The notes under the pieces are model-generated. The model ran no database searches. It was not told where the DNA came from and saw only the letters and a program-made list of their open reading frames with translations. From an uncultured Chloroflexia bacterium (GTDB lineage: Bacteria; Chloroflexota; Anaerolineae; Anaerolineales; Villigracilaceae), in contig CAWGNR010000006.1 in NCBI GenBank assembly GCA_963823985.1, forward strand, positions 88,618 to 128,617: a stretch of DNA of 40,000 nt, written 5' to 3'. The position numbers and the translations under genes were made by a program. Shown here one piece after another: positions 1 through 8,467 of the stretch (within the stretch, counting starts at the first letter, position 1; every line of letters begins with the position of its first letter).

Positions 1-329
1 TTCGCTCCTTTTCCAAGGACGCGCAGATATTTGTTTGTGATGGCAAGCAGATATAAACCTGGAATAGCAAGGCCCATACCAATAACAAGAAAGACGGGTT
101 TAAGTGGTAAAGGCTTCCAACCGACAAGTTCATCTAAATGTGTAAGACCAGGATAAAAAACCAACACAATAAAGGGTATACCAAAACCTGCAAAGAACAG
201 AAAATGGGCGATGCGGCTGTATTTTTCAGCGTTTTCGATGGATGGATGTTTTCGTAACAGTAAACCTAAAATTCCCACACCGAAAACAAAGGCGAAAAGA
301 CCAATTACACCTAAGAAGAGAACAATCAT
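1..329 (-). CDS. membrane protein, cut by window edge (cassette ORF); N-terminal part resembles ICMT/PEMT-type membrane methyltransferases
   Basis: Own minus-strand translation from ATG at 327-329 stays open to position 1 (MIVLFLGVIGLFAFVFGVGILGLLLRKHPSIENAEKYSRIAHFLFFAGFGIPFIVLVFYPGL...NKYLRVLGKGA). It has several hydrophobic helices. The family guess rests on recalled motif order only. Confidence 0.45.
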   Translation of the reverse strand, partial: MIVLFLGVIGLFAFVFGVGILGLLLRKHPSIENAEKYSRIAHFLFFAGFGIPFIVLVFYPGLTHLDELVGWKPLPLKPVFLVIGMGLAIPGLYLLAITNKYLRVLGKGA

Positions 330-377
330 TCTTGAAACTCCTAAAACTCCTTCATTCCTCCAAGTCACAAATGCTCT

Positions 378-497
378 GCCCAACGGCTCGCATTACCGGC
401 GGCGGTGAGAACCAAATGATTTAGCGGTAAAAGGTTTTCGTTCAGAATCGGTCATTTTAGCGGAGCCAGTACCGCCGTCCGCGTGCATGCACTGTTA
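378..497 (-). repeat. attC-like cassette recombination site, subfamily B (B1)
   Basis: Begins GCCCAAC (RYYYAAC) and ends ...GCATGCACTGTTA, where an IS110-family element abuts. Aligns over its full length with the B copies at 9297, 9711, 19030 and 22188. Confidence 0.7.
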
Positions 498-2244
498 CTA
501 GAATGAAACAGGTGGGGCGTGGCGGATGGTATCCTATGGTGTAGCATGACGCATCACCGGGGATGCCATCCGGGGCAGGAGCATCTGGGTAGACCGACGC
601 CGCCCATGAGAGAGAAGTCGCAATTCTCCGCTCGTGTTGTTACTTGGTCGCCTGGTGGATTCTCGTCTGGGACATAGAGCCCGAATTGGTGTGTATCACT
701 CCATGCCCTGAAATCCACGCCCCACCTATCCCGCAGGGATTGCGGGACATTCGAACTAAGGAGAGTGTAGCATGAATGAAGAGTTGCTTGCAAGACTTTC
801 CCGCCGGTATCTGGCGCTGGACATTCACAAGCACTATAGTGTGGTGGCCGGAGTGAACTTTGAAGGCCAGGTGGTGCTAGAGCCAGTGCGGATCGAGCAC
901 GGGGATCTGGAAGTGTGGCAGGTGAAACACATTCAACCCACAGACTACGTGGTAATTGAATCAACGACCAATGCCTGGCATATCTACGACCTGCTGGAGC
1001 CGTTGGCGGAGAAAGTGCTGGTGGCCAACCCGATCAAGGTAAAGCAGATCGCCAGTGCACGGGTGAAAACCGACATCCGAGATACCCTGATCCTGGCGCG
1101 GCTGCTGGCAGCCAACATGGTCCCGGAGGTCTGGGTACCACCGGCACATGTGCGCAACCTGCGCTATCTGCTATCGCAGCGGCGCCATCTGGTAGGGATG
1201 CATACCGCGACGGTCAACCGGATGCACAGTGTGGCCCACCGTCACCATCTGAGCCATGCCAGGGGGAAACGCTTCAACGAGAAGAATACCAAATGGCAGC
1301 AGGATGATGAGCTATCCGACTCAGAGAAATTCCAGCTCGAGTTGGATATGAGCACCAAAAAACACCTGTTGAGCAGACCGAGAAGATCACCAAAAAATTG
1401 AGACGCATGAGCCACCAGAAACCGTGGGCGGAGAGCATGATGTACTTGATGCAGTTGCCTGGGTTCGGTGTGATAACTGGGATGACAGTGCTGGCAGCGA
1501 TCGGAGAGATCAGTCGCTTCGATAGCCCCAAGACACCTGGCAAGCTATTCAGGGTTGACGCCTGGGCTGGAGCAGAGCGGGGTGAAACTGCGCGGCAAGA
1601 AGATCACTAAGGAAGGGCGGAAGGATCTGCGCTGGGCGATGGTAGAAGTGGCGCAACGAGCTGTAAAGTCTGATCCGCTGTGGAAGTATCGTTTCAACGA
1701 ACTCTGCCGTCGGATGCACAAGAACCAGGCGATCGTGGTCGATCGCTCATCGTTTACTTGTACTGGTCTGGTATGTCTTGAGCCGCTGCCAACCCTACCG
1801 GCACTTTTCACACGAACGGATTGCCTACAAATACCTGACCTGGTCGTGGCAGCTAAGTGAGAAGGACCGGGATGGATTGACCCGCCAGCAATTCACACGC
1901 TACTACCTGATGCGGCTGGGGATCGGGCATGATCTGAAACAGATCGCACTCAACCCAAGATACAAGCGCAATCTGGCCAGTGAGGCAGAAGTTCTGGCAT
2001 TGAGACCGGAACTGAAGCGAACAGAGTAGACAATCCTGACATGTTCCGTTTGACCGGCAAACCCTAGCATGAAACTGGTGCGTAGGGCTGTGGAAGGCTG
2101 CCAGTAAACGGGAAATTCGATAAACTTCAGCTTTAAAATCACCCTAAAAAGAAAAGCCCCGATGCCTTTTTCAAGACCCGGAGCCTTCTTCACTCAGTTT
2201 TTGCTTCTACCCTTGACACTGCTGTTTATCGGTGTTTATCGGTG
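498..2244 (+). mobile_element. decayed IS110-family insertion sequence sitting in the GTT core of attC B1
   Basis: Left end cTAGAATG and right end TTGACActgctgtttatcgg parallel the ends of the IS110 copies at 3142 and 5748. The transposase frame is broken into four pieces. A 10-bp tandem duplication gtttatcggt lies at 2224-2243. Boundaries are +/-3 nt. Confidence 0.7.
772..2029 (+). pseudogene. IS110-family transposase with multiple frameshifts
   Basis: Track ORFs 772-1401, 1398-1610, 1555-1860 and 1778-2029 are together colinear with the 415-aa transposase at 3405-4652 but lie in different frames. Shared motifs are LALDIH, ESTTNAW, ARVKTD, PEVWVPP, LPGFG, ITKEGRKDLRWAMVE and NQAIV. Confidence 0.8.
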
Positions 2245-2250
2245 GACGGC

Positions 2251-3090
2251 TCATCCATTGGGTGCTTCCTCTTGGGTAAAGAACTTAATCATATGAGAAA
2301 CAACTATTGCTGGCGCATCCTCCTGTACTAAATGACCTGCATTTGATATTGTTACAAATTTAGATGATGGCATAGAACGATGTAGTTTTCTTCCCTTCTC
2401 AATCGGAATCCATTCATCTTGTTCACCCCACAGGATAAGTACTGGACGGGTTATAGAAGCATATATGGATTTTATCTCATCAGTGAACCGCTGATCTGCT
2501 TGCGCAATCTGACGATAAAATGCACTTTTGCCAGTCTCATTCAGCCAAGGTTTGATAATATCTGACAATGTTTCGCTTGCCAGTGGATGGTAGCTCGCAC
2601 CACGAACATAGGCCAACAACATTGCTTCATGGATATAATCTGGCAAGTCAGAAAAGACTGATTGATTTTCTTTCACATGTTGAAAAAATGTAGAACCCCA
2701 TGGGCCAATTGCTACAGGGTCTATCAGAATTATCTTACGAAAATCTCGTTTTTCCAGGAGATGGGTGCGCAATACAGTTGTTCCACCAAAGTCGTGTCCG
2801 ATCACAAAAGGGGATTTCAACTCCCAATGATCTAAGAGAGCAGCGAGTACTTTATTCTGAATTCCTAGTGAGACATCCTGGTCAGAATACTTCTCGGATT
2901 GACCATAGCCAAGCAAATCATAGTAATATACTGTCCACCAATTTGCCAACGCAGGGATAATATGACGCCAGTTATAGGAAGACCAAGGGGTACCATGAAC
3001 AAGAACAAGTGGAGGCCCATCACCTTCAATATCGTATCTTATTTTCCCAGTTGCGTAAGAGAACTCTTTTCTTAATTTCCAATCATACAA
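2251..3090 (-). CDS. alpha/beta-fold hydrolase (epoxide hydrolase / haloalkane dehalogenase-like, Asp nucleophile)
   Basis: 279-aa ORF with HGTPWSSYNWRHIIP, a GHDFGG nucleophile elbow and a C-terminal GHLVQED. It is the sole ORF of the cassette bounded by attC A1 and B1. Confidence 0.8.
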   Translation of the reverse strand: MYDWKLRKEFSYATGKIRYDIEGDGPPLVLVHGTPWSSYNWRHIIPALANWWTVYYYDLLGYGQSEKYSDQDVSLGIQNKVLAALLDHWELKSPFVIGHDFGGTTVLRTHLLEKRDFRKIILIDPVAIGPWGSTFFQHVKENQSVFSDLPDYIHEAMLLAYVRGASYHPLASETLSDIIKPWLNETGKSAFYRQIAQADQRFTDEIKSIYASITRPVLILWGEQDEWIPIEKGRKLHRSMPSSKFVTISNAGHLVQEDAPAIVVSHMIKFFTQEEAPNG

Positions 3091-3141
3091 TTTTTGTTCC
3101 CTTTCTCAAACTCACATTTTGCCGCCCAACGGCTCGCGTTA

Positions 3142-3404
3142 TTAGAATGTCCTTGTTTGGGACGTGGACTCCGCGTATCCTTAAGGGTGATTGATCGCCG
3201 GGAACGCGGAAGGGACGAGAGCGTTTGGGTTGTCCGCCCGCCGGTATGGGAAGGATCTCATTGAGAGTGAGATCCAAGCCCGCTGCGTTAATTGGACACC
3301 CGGCGGAGACTAATCTGGGACCGGCAAAGTGAAGCCGAGAGCCCGCATCGGTACCTGCAGCTCAAAACCCGAAACCCACGTCCCAAACATAAGAGGAGTT
3401 TAGC
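3142..3404 (+). ncRNA. candidate IS110 bridge (guide) RNA region in the left end
   Basis: A long-range stem TGTTTGGGACGTGG 3154-3167 / CCACGTCCCAAACA 3376-3389 encloses about 210 nt with an internal hairpin at 3253-3275. Blocks match the attC target in antisense (3198-3208, 3237-3246) and in sense (3285-3290, 3299-3306). The RNA ends are unknown. Confidence 0.4.
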
Positions 3405-4652
3405 ATGAAAAAAGGACAAGATACAAGAGGCTACGAAAGGTACATGGCACTGGATATCCACCGGGAATACATCCTGGTGGGAGGGTGGAATGAGGAGAAG
3501 GAGTGGGTTCTCACGCCACGACGAGTAAGCATCGAGAAGTTTGGCGAGTGGGCGAAGAAGAATATTCGTCCGGGGGATATAGTGGTGCTGGAAACGACCA
3601 CGAATGTATGGGCGATCTACGACATTGTGGCGCCGTTGGCGAGCCGGGTCTTGGTGGCGAATGCTGCTGAAGTCTGGGAACTCGCAGGCGCGAGGGTCAA
3701 GACGGACAAGGAAGATATCAAGCGGTTGTTGAAGCTGCTCGTGGGAGGCATCGTGCCCGAAGTGTGGGTGCCGCCGATGGAGGTGAGGGAACTGCGCGCC
3801 TTCATTTCATATCGGAGCCGGTTGGTAAGCACGGCCACAATGATCCGCAATCGCCTGCAGAGCTTGCTGCACAAACACAACTTGCTGCTGCCAGAAGAAG
3901 GCATTCTGGACCAGGGCTGGTGGAATGTGCAATCTTCGATCAGTGGGTTGGAGAAGATGCAGATCCGTCAGGAACTGGCTCTGTTGCAGGAAGTCGAGAA
4001 ACTGAAGATAGCAGTCGATGAAGAGTTGGAGCGCCAAAGCACAGGTCCAATCTGGGGCAAACAAGCCTTGCAGATCATGCAGCTGCCAGGCATAGGGTTC
4101 GTTGTGGCAATGACAGTGCTTTCTGCCATTGGAGACATCTCGCGCTTTGAAAATGCAAAGCAGTTGGTAGGCTATGCAGGCATCGGTGCAGGCGTGCACG
4201 ACAGTGGCAAAACTCACAAGGAAAAGAAGATCACCAAGAAGGGACGCCGGGAATTACGCTGGGCAATGGTAGAAGCAGCTTGGCGGGCAGTGCGGAGTTC
4301 GCCCTTTTGGAAGGCAGAATACGAGAGACACCTGCAGCGCATGCGCAAACCGAACCAGGCGATTGTGGTGGTTGCCCGGAAGTTACTAATCGCCATCTGG
4401 CATGTCCTGAGTAAGGAAGAGACCGATATCCATGCAACTGAGGAAGACCTGGCGTACAAAATGCTATTGCTCTCTTGGAGCTTGAGCGAGGACGTTCGCC
4501 AGGGTTTGACCTACAAACAGTTCGCCAAATACGCGCTGATGAAATTGGGTGTCGAGACGGACATTACGCGCTTTGTACGCAAGAATGTTCCAAGACGATT
4601 GGCGCCGAGAGATGAAGTGTTGGCGCGCATCAAGGAGCTGGGCCTAGCCTGA
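3405..4652 (+). CDS. IS110-family transposase (DEDD RuvC-like N-domain plus C-terminal Ser domain)
   Basis: 415-aa ORF with MALDIH, LETTTNVW, GARVKTDKEDI, VPEVWVPP, LPGIGFVVAMTVLSAIGDISRF, HDSGKTHKEKKITKKGRRELRWAMVEAAW and NQAIVVVARKLL. A GAGGAG RBS-like sequence lies upstream. Confidence 0.9.
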   Translation: MKKGQDTRGYERYMALDIHREYILVGGWNEEKEWVLTPRRVSIEKFGEWAKKNIRPGDIVVLETTTNVWAIYDIVAPLASRVLVANAAEVWELAGARVKTDKEDIKRLLKLLVGGIVPEVWVPPMEVRELRAFISYRSRLVSTATMIRNRLQSLLHKHNLLLPEEGILDQGWWNVQSSISGLEKMQIRQELALLQEVEKLKIAVDEELERQSTGPIWGKQALQIMQLPGIGFVVAMTVLSAIGDISRFENAKQLVGYAGIGAGVHDSGKTHKEKKITKKGRRELRWAMVEAAWRAVRSSPFWKAEYERHLQRMRKPNQAIVVVARKLLIAIWHVLSKEETDIHATEEDLAYKMLLLSWSLSEDVRQGLTYKQFAKYALMKLGVETDITRFVRKNVPRRLAPRDEVLARIKELGLA

Positions 4653-4896
4653 AAAAAGCGAAAGAAAAACCGAATAGAGCGCGAACAACCCCGGCACGAA
4701 GACTTGGATTGAGTTTATCGAAATCCTTGGATTGGACTTATTGAGATCAAAGGCTGACGGGGGTGGCGAAGCGTTCCCTAATAATGAAAGAAACGAACCC
4801 GAATAATAAAAAACTGCCGTGAGAAAAGGATCTCAATCGGCAGATCTTGTTTTAGATGTTTGGTGAAACCCAATTAGAAGGAATTTATCTCAGCAC

Positions 4897-4918
4897 TTGA
4901 CAACTGCAGTAATCGGTA
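4897..4918 (+). promoter_or_regulatory. outward-facing -35 box (TTGACA 4897-4902) at the IS110 right end; it pairs with TAGAAT at 3143-3148 after end-joining
   Basis: Joining the RE to the LE through a single TA core gives TTGACA-actgcagtaatcggtat-TAGAAT, a 17-nt spacer. Copy 2 has the same arrangement (7484-7489 with 5749-5754). Confidence 0.55.
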
Positions 4919-5057
4919 CCGGCGGCTGGAGGGACGAGACTTGCCCACGAAACGGACAAAACCTAAAGCCATGAAAAAGGTCATTTTGGCGGTGCGAATC
5001 CAGCCGTCCGCGTGCACGCCGTGTTGGCACGCCTTTTGACCTTAAGATTTTTATGTT

Positions 5058-5399
5058 TTACGGCTGCTCATGAATTAAGGTGTTTAATTTCTTGATAACT
5101 TCATTGAATTGTTCGGACGGCAATTTACAACTAAATCTGGCTTTCCTTGCTTTCCAATCAAGGCTTTTTACTTGATCAGATAGGATTGCGCCTTGGATTT
5201 CTAAACCTTCAGGCATCAAAACTTCAAATGGATAACCTTTGACCTGGCTTGTTATGGGGCAAAGAAGGGCTAAACCAACTTTCCCGTTATAAGCCTTTGG
5301 AGACAAAACTAAGGCTGGTCTGTGTCCTGCCTGCTCATGTCCTGCTTGTGGATTGAATGCAATCCAAACAATGTCGCCACTTTCGGGAACATATGCCAT
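5058..5399 (-). CDS. mazF: MazF/PemK-type endoribonuclease toxin
   Basis: MAYVPESGDIVWIAFNPQAGHEQAGHRPALVLSPKAYNGKVGLALLCPITSQVKGYPFEV. The internal ATG at 5397-5399 is chosen as the start because it lies 4 nt after the mazE stop. The track ORF extends to 5441. Confidence 0.85.
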   Translation of the reverse strand: MAYVPESGDIVWIAFNPQAGHEQAGHRPALVLSPKAYNGKVGLALLCPITSQVKGYPFEVLMPEGLEIQGAILSDQVKSLDWKARKARFSCKLPSEQFNEVIKKLNTLIHEQP

Positions 5400-5403
5400 A
5401 GTT

Positions 5404-5646
5404 TCACCAAGCTTCATTCCCCAAGGATGTTCCGGTGTCAATTTCGTTGTGAAGATTATCTTTTGTGATCCCTGTTAACAATTCATCAAGCGTCCAACTT
5501 GGCGCTGGGACTGGCGTGATAACAATCCTGCCTTTGACGATACTGATTTCTACCAATGAATCGTTTTCCAGTTGGGCATCAACGGCAAAGGCTTTTGGTA
5601 TTCGCAGGGCAAGGCTGTTGCCCCATTTTTGAACTTTTGTGAGCAT
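5404..5646 (-). CDS. mazE: MazE/AbrB-SpoVT-type antitoxin
   Basis: 80-aa ORF MLTKVQKWGNSLALRIPKAFA..., immediately upstream of mazF. Confidence 0.85.
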   Translation of the reverse strand: MLTKVQKWGNSLALRIPKAFAVDAQLENDSLVEISIVKGRIVITPVPAPSWTLDELLTGITKDNLHNEIDTGTSLGNEAW

Positions 5647-5747
5647 AAGGTTATCTCCTATTTGTTTCTACAATAAAGATACACCTTTTTGTTCAATTAA
5701 TCAAGCCCTTTTCTAATTGTTCAGGGGCGTGCCAACGGCCCGCGTTA

Positions 5748-7505
5748 TTAGAATGTCCTTGTTTGGGACGTGGACTCCGCGTATCCTTAAGGGTGATTGA
5801 TCGCCGGGAACGCGGAAGGGACGAGAGCGTTTGGGTTGTCCGCCCGCCGGTATGGGAAGGATCTCATTGAGAGTGAGATCCAAGCCCGCTGCGTTAATTG
5901 GACACCCGGCGGAGACTAATCTGGGACCGGCAAAGTGAAGCCGAGAGCCCGCATCGGTACCTGCAGCTCAAAACCCGAAACCCACGTCCCAAACATAAGA
6001 GGAGTTTAGCATGAAAAAAGGACAAGATACAAGAGGCTACGAAAGGTACATGGCCTTGATACCCACCGGGAATACATCCTGGTGGGAGGGTGGAATGAGG
6101 AGAAGGAGTGGGTTCTCACGCCACGACGAGTAAGCATCGAGAAGTTTGGCGAGTGGGCGAAGAAGAATATTCGTCCGGGGGATATAGTGGTGCTGGAAAC
6201 GACCACGAATGTATGGGCGATCTACGACATTGTGGCGCCGTTGGCGAGCCGGGTCTTGGTGGCGAATGCTGCTGAAGTCTGGGAACTCGCAGGCGCGAGG
6301 GTCAAGACGGACAAGGAAGATATCAAGCGGTTGTTGAAGCTGCTCGTGGGAGGCATCGTGCCCGAAGTGTGGGTGCCGCCGATGGAGGTGAGGGAACTGC
6401 GCGCCTTCATTTCATATCGGAGCCGGTTGGTAAGCACGGCCACAATGATCCGCAATCGCCTGCAGAGCTTGCTGCACAAACACAACTTGCTGCTGCCAGA
6501 AGAAGGCATTCTGGACCAGGGCTGGTGGAATGTGCAATCTTCGATCAGTGGGTTGGAGAAGATGCAGATCCGTCAGGAACTGGCTCTGTTGCAGGAAGTC
6601 GAGAAACTGAAGATAGCAGTCGATGAAGAGTTGGAGCGCCAAAGCACAGGTCCAATCTGGGGCAAACAAGCCTTGCAGATCATGCAGCTGCCAGGCATAG
6701 GGTTCGTTGTGGCAATGACAGTGCTTTCTGCCATTGGAGACATCTCGCGCTTTGAAAATGCAAAGCAGTTGGTAGGCTATGCAGGCATCGGTGCAGGCGT
6801 GCACGACAGTGGCAAAACTCACAAGGAAAAGAAGATCACCAAGAAGGGACGCCGGGAATTACGCTGGGCAATGGTAGAAGCAGCTTGGCGGGCAGTGCGG
6901 AGTTCGCCCTTTTGGAAGGCAGAATACGAGAGACACCTGCAGCGCATGCGCAAACCGAACCAGGCGATTGTGGTGGTTGCCCGGAAGTTACTAATCGCCA
7001 TCTGGCATGTCCTGAGTAAGGAAGAGACCGATATCCATGCAACTGAGGAAGACCTGGCGTACAAAATGCTATTGCTCTCTTGGAGCTTGAGCGAGGATGT
7101 TCGCCAGGGTTTGACCTACAAACAGTTCGCCAAATATGCGCTGATGAAGTTGGGTGTCGAGAAAGACATCACGCGCTTTGTGCGTAAGAATGTACCAAGG
7201 CGATTAGCGCCGAGAGATGAAGTGCTGGCGCGCATGAAGGAGCTCGGCTTAGCCTGAGAAGTAAGCCCGAAGAACAACTGAATAAAGAATGAACAACCCC
7301 GGCATGAAAACCTTGGATTGAGTTTATCGAAAACAAAGGGCTGACGGGGGTGGCGAAGCCTTCCCTATAAATGAAAAATACTGTCCCAAAAAACAAGAAG
7401 CTGCCGTGAGAGAAGGATCTCGATCGGCAGATTTTGATTTGGATGTCTTGTGAAACTGGATCAGAAAGATTTTATCTCAGCACTTGACAACTGCAGTAAT
7501 CGGTA
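5748..7505 (+). mobile_element. IS110-family insertion sequence, copy 2 (transposase start damaged)
   Basis: The left end 5748-6010 is identical by eye to 3142-3404. The coding region is near-identical. The 3' non-coding region 7258-7505 is clearly more diverged than the rest. Confidence 0.85.
6011..7257 (+). pseudogene. IS110-family transposase, N-terminal frameshift removing the first catalytic Asp motif
   Basis: Copy 1 has ATGGCACTGGATATCCACCGG (MALDIHR). Copy 2 has ATGGCCTTGATACCCACCGG at 6051-6070, which is 1 nt shorter and carries substitutions. The frame from ATG 6011 stops at about 6130. The remaining 391-aa ORF (6082-7257) lacks LDIH. Confidence 0.7.
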
Positions 7506-7624
7506 CCGGCGGCTGGAGGGACGAGACTCGCCCACGAAACGGACAAAACCCAAAGCTACGAATAAAGCCATTTTAGCGGTGTGAATCCAGCCGTCCGCGT
7601 GCACGCCGTGTTAGCCCGCTTGTG

Positions 7625-8308
7625 TTATTGAAGGATCGCATAAATATCCTTCAAAGGTGTTTGCTTTCGATCAGTTATCCAATTTTTTACTACAAGATTT
7701 ATGCATTCCATTAAGACATTTGCAATAGCTAAATCGCCAATCAAACCTTCTCTCGTGTCAGTGTTCGATTCCAACATAAGGCCATGAGCGGTCAGAGACA
7801 TAAAACCATACAATTGTGTGTAAAGTTTGTCTAATCCAACATTTTTCGCTGCATCCTCGATTTTTAATCTGGGACGTATATCTTTTCCCCAGTCCGAATT
7901 GAGTAATTCTTTTGTTTTGTCTTCATTGGTAACTTCATCAACAACCCTGCCATGACCAGTATTAAGTTGTTTTCGAGCTATGCGTTTTAATTCATTCCTT
8001 GTAGCGTCAACAAAAGTTTGGGCATTTTCATTTGACTTTGTAATCCAACAAACCCATATAAGACTTTCCAACAAACCACGAGCTAGAATGTTTAAAGGTG
8101 CTGGTAAGTTAGCTTTGGCGCAAATTACACAACCCTCAGACAATTCTACTGCTCGTCTAAAGCTATAGATTAGTAGATCTTCTCGTTGAGTGTTAAAGTG
8201 CCTGTTGGAGTAATCAGACAATCTGTCCTTTGCGACTTGAATTTCATACTCCAAACCGTCAATTTCAATTTGCAAATCTGAGTCTAAGTCTGACATTCCT
8301 TTTCCCAT
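7625..8308 (-). CDS. hypothetical protein (single-gene cassette)
   Basis: 227-aa ORF with its start 21 nt after attC A3 and its stop 9 nt before attC A2. I recognise no motif with confidence. Confidence 0.6.
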   Translation of the reverse strand: MGKGMSDLDSDLQIEIDGLEYEIQVAKDRLSDYSNRHFNTQREDLLIYSFRRAVELSEGCVICAKANLPAPLNILARGLLESLIWVCWITKSNENAQTFVDATRNELKRIARKQLNTGHGRVVDEVTNEDKTKELLNSDWGKDIRPRLKIEDAAKNVGLDKLYTQLYGFMSLTAHGLMLESNTDTREGLIGDLAIANVLMECINLVVKNWITDRKQTPLKDIYAILQ

Positions 8309-8328
8309 ATTTTATTCTACAAGAAGCG

Positions 8329-8456
8329 GGCTAACGGCTCGCGTTACCGGCGGCTGGAGGACGAGACTCACCCACGAAACGGCCAAACCCCAAGGCCACG
8401 AAAAAGCCCATTTTGGCGGTGAGAATCCAGCCGTCCGCGTGCACGCTGTGTTAGCC
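8329..8456 (-). repeat. attC-like site, subfamily A (A3), intact
   Basis: GGCTAACGGCTCGCGTTACCGGCGGCTGG...CCAGCCGTCCGCGTGCACGCTGTGTTAGCC. Confidence 0.8.
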
Positions 8457-8467
8457 CGTTTTTTGAA

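Larger units (their letters stand above)
3142..4918 (+). mobile_element. IS110-family insertion sequence, copy 1 (apparently intact)
   Basis: Inserted between CGCGT-TA and TA-CCGGCGG of attC A1, with TA at both junctions. It has a 263-nt 5' non-coding region, a 415-aa transposase ORF and a 266-nt 3' non-coding region. There are no terminal inverted repeats, as usual for this family. Confidence 0.85.
3124..5029 (-). repeat. attC-like site, subfamily A (A1), split by IS110 copy 1
   Basis: Halves 3124-3141 (GCCCAACGGCTCGCGTTA) and 4917-5029 (TACCGGCGGCTGGAGGGACGAGAC...GTGCACGCCGTGTTGGCA) rejoin to the uninterrupted consensus seen at 8329-8456. Confidence 0.75.
5730..7616 (-). repeat. attC-like site, subfamily A (A2), split by IS110 copy 2
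   Basis: Halves 5730-5747 (TGCCAACGGCCCGCGTTA) and 7504-7616 (TACCGGCGGCTGGAGGGACGAGACTCGCCC...GCACGCCGTGTTAGCC). The insertion point is the same as in A1. Confidence 0.75.

Noticed and set aside
554-964. 136-aa minus-strand ORF, together with 3083-3277, 3617-4217 and their duplicates at 6222-6822.
   Set aside because: They lie antisense within IS110 left ends or the transposase genes. The duplicates simply reflect the two IS copies.
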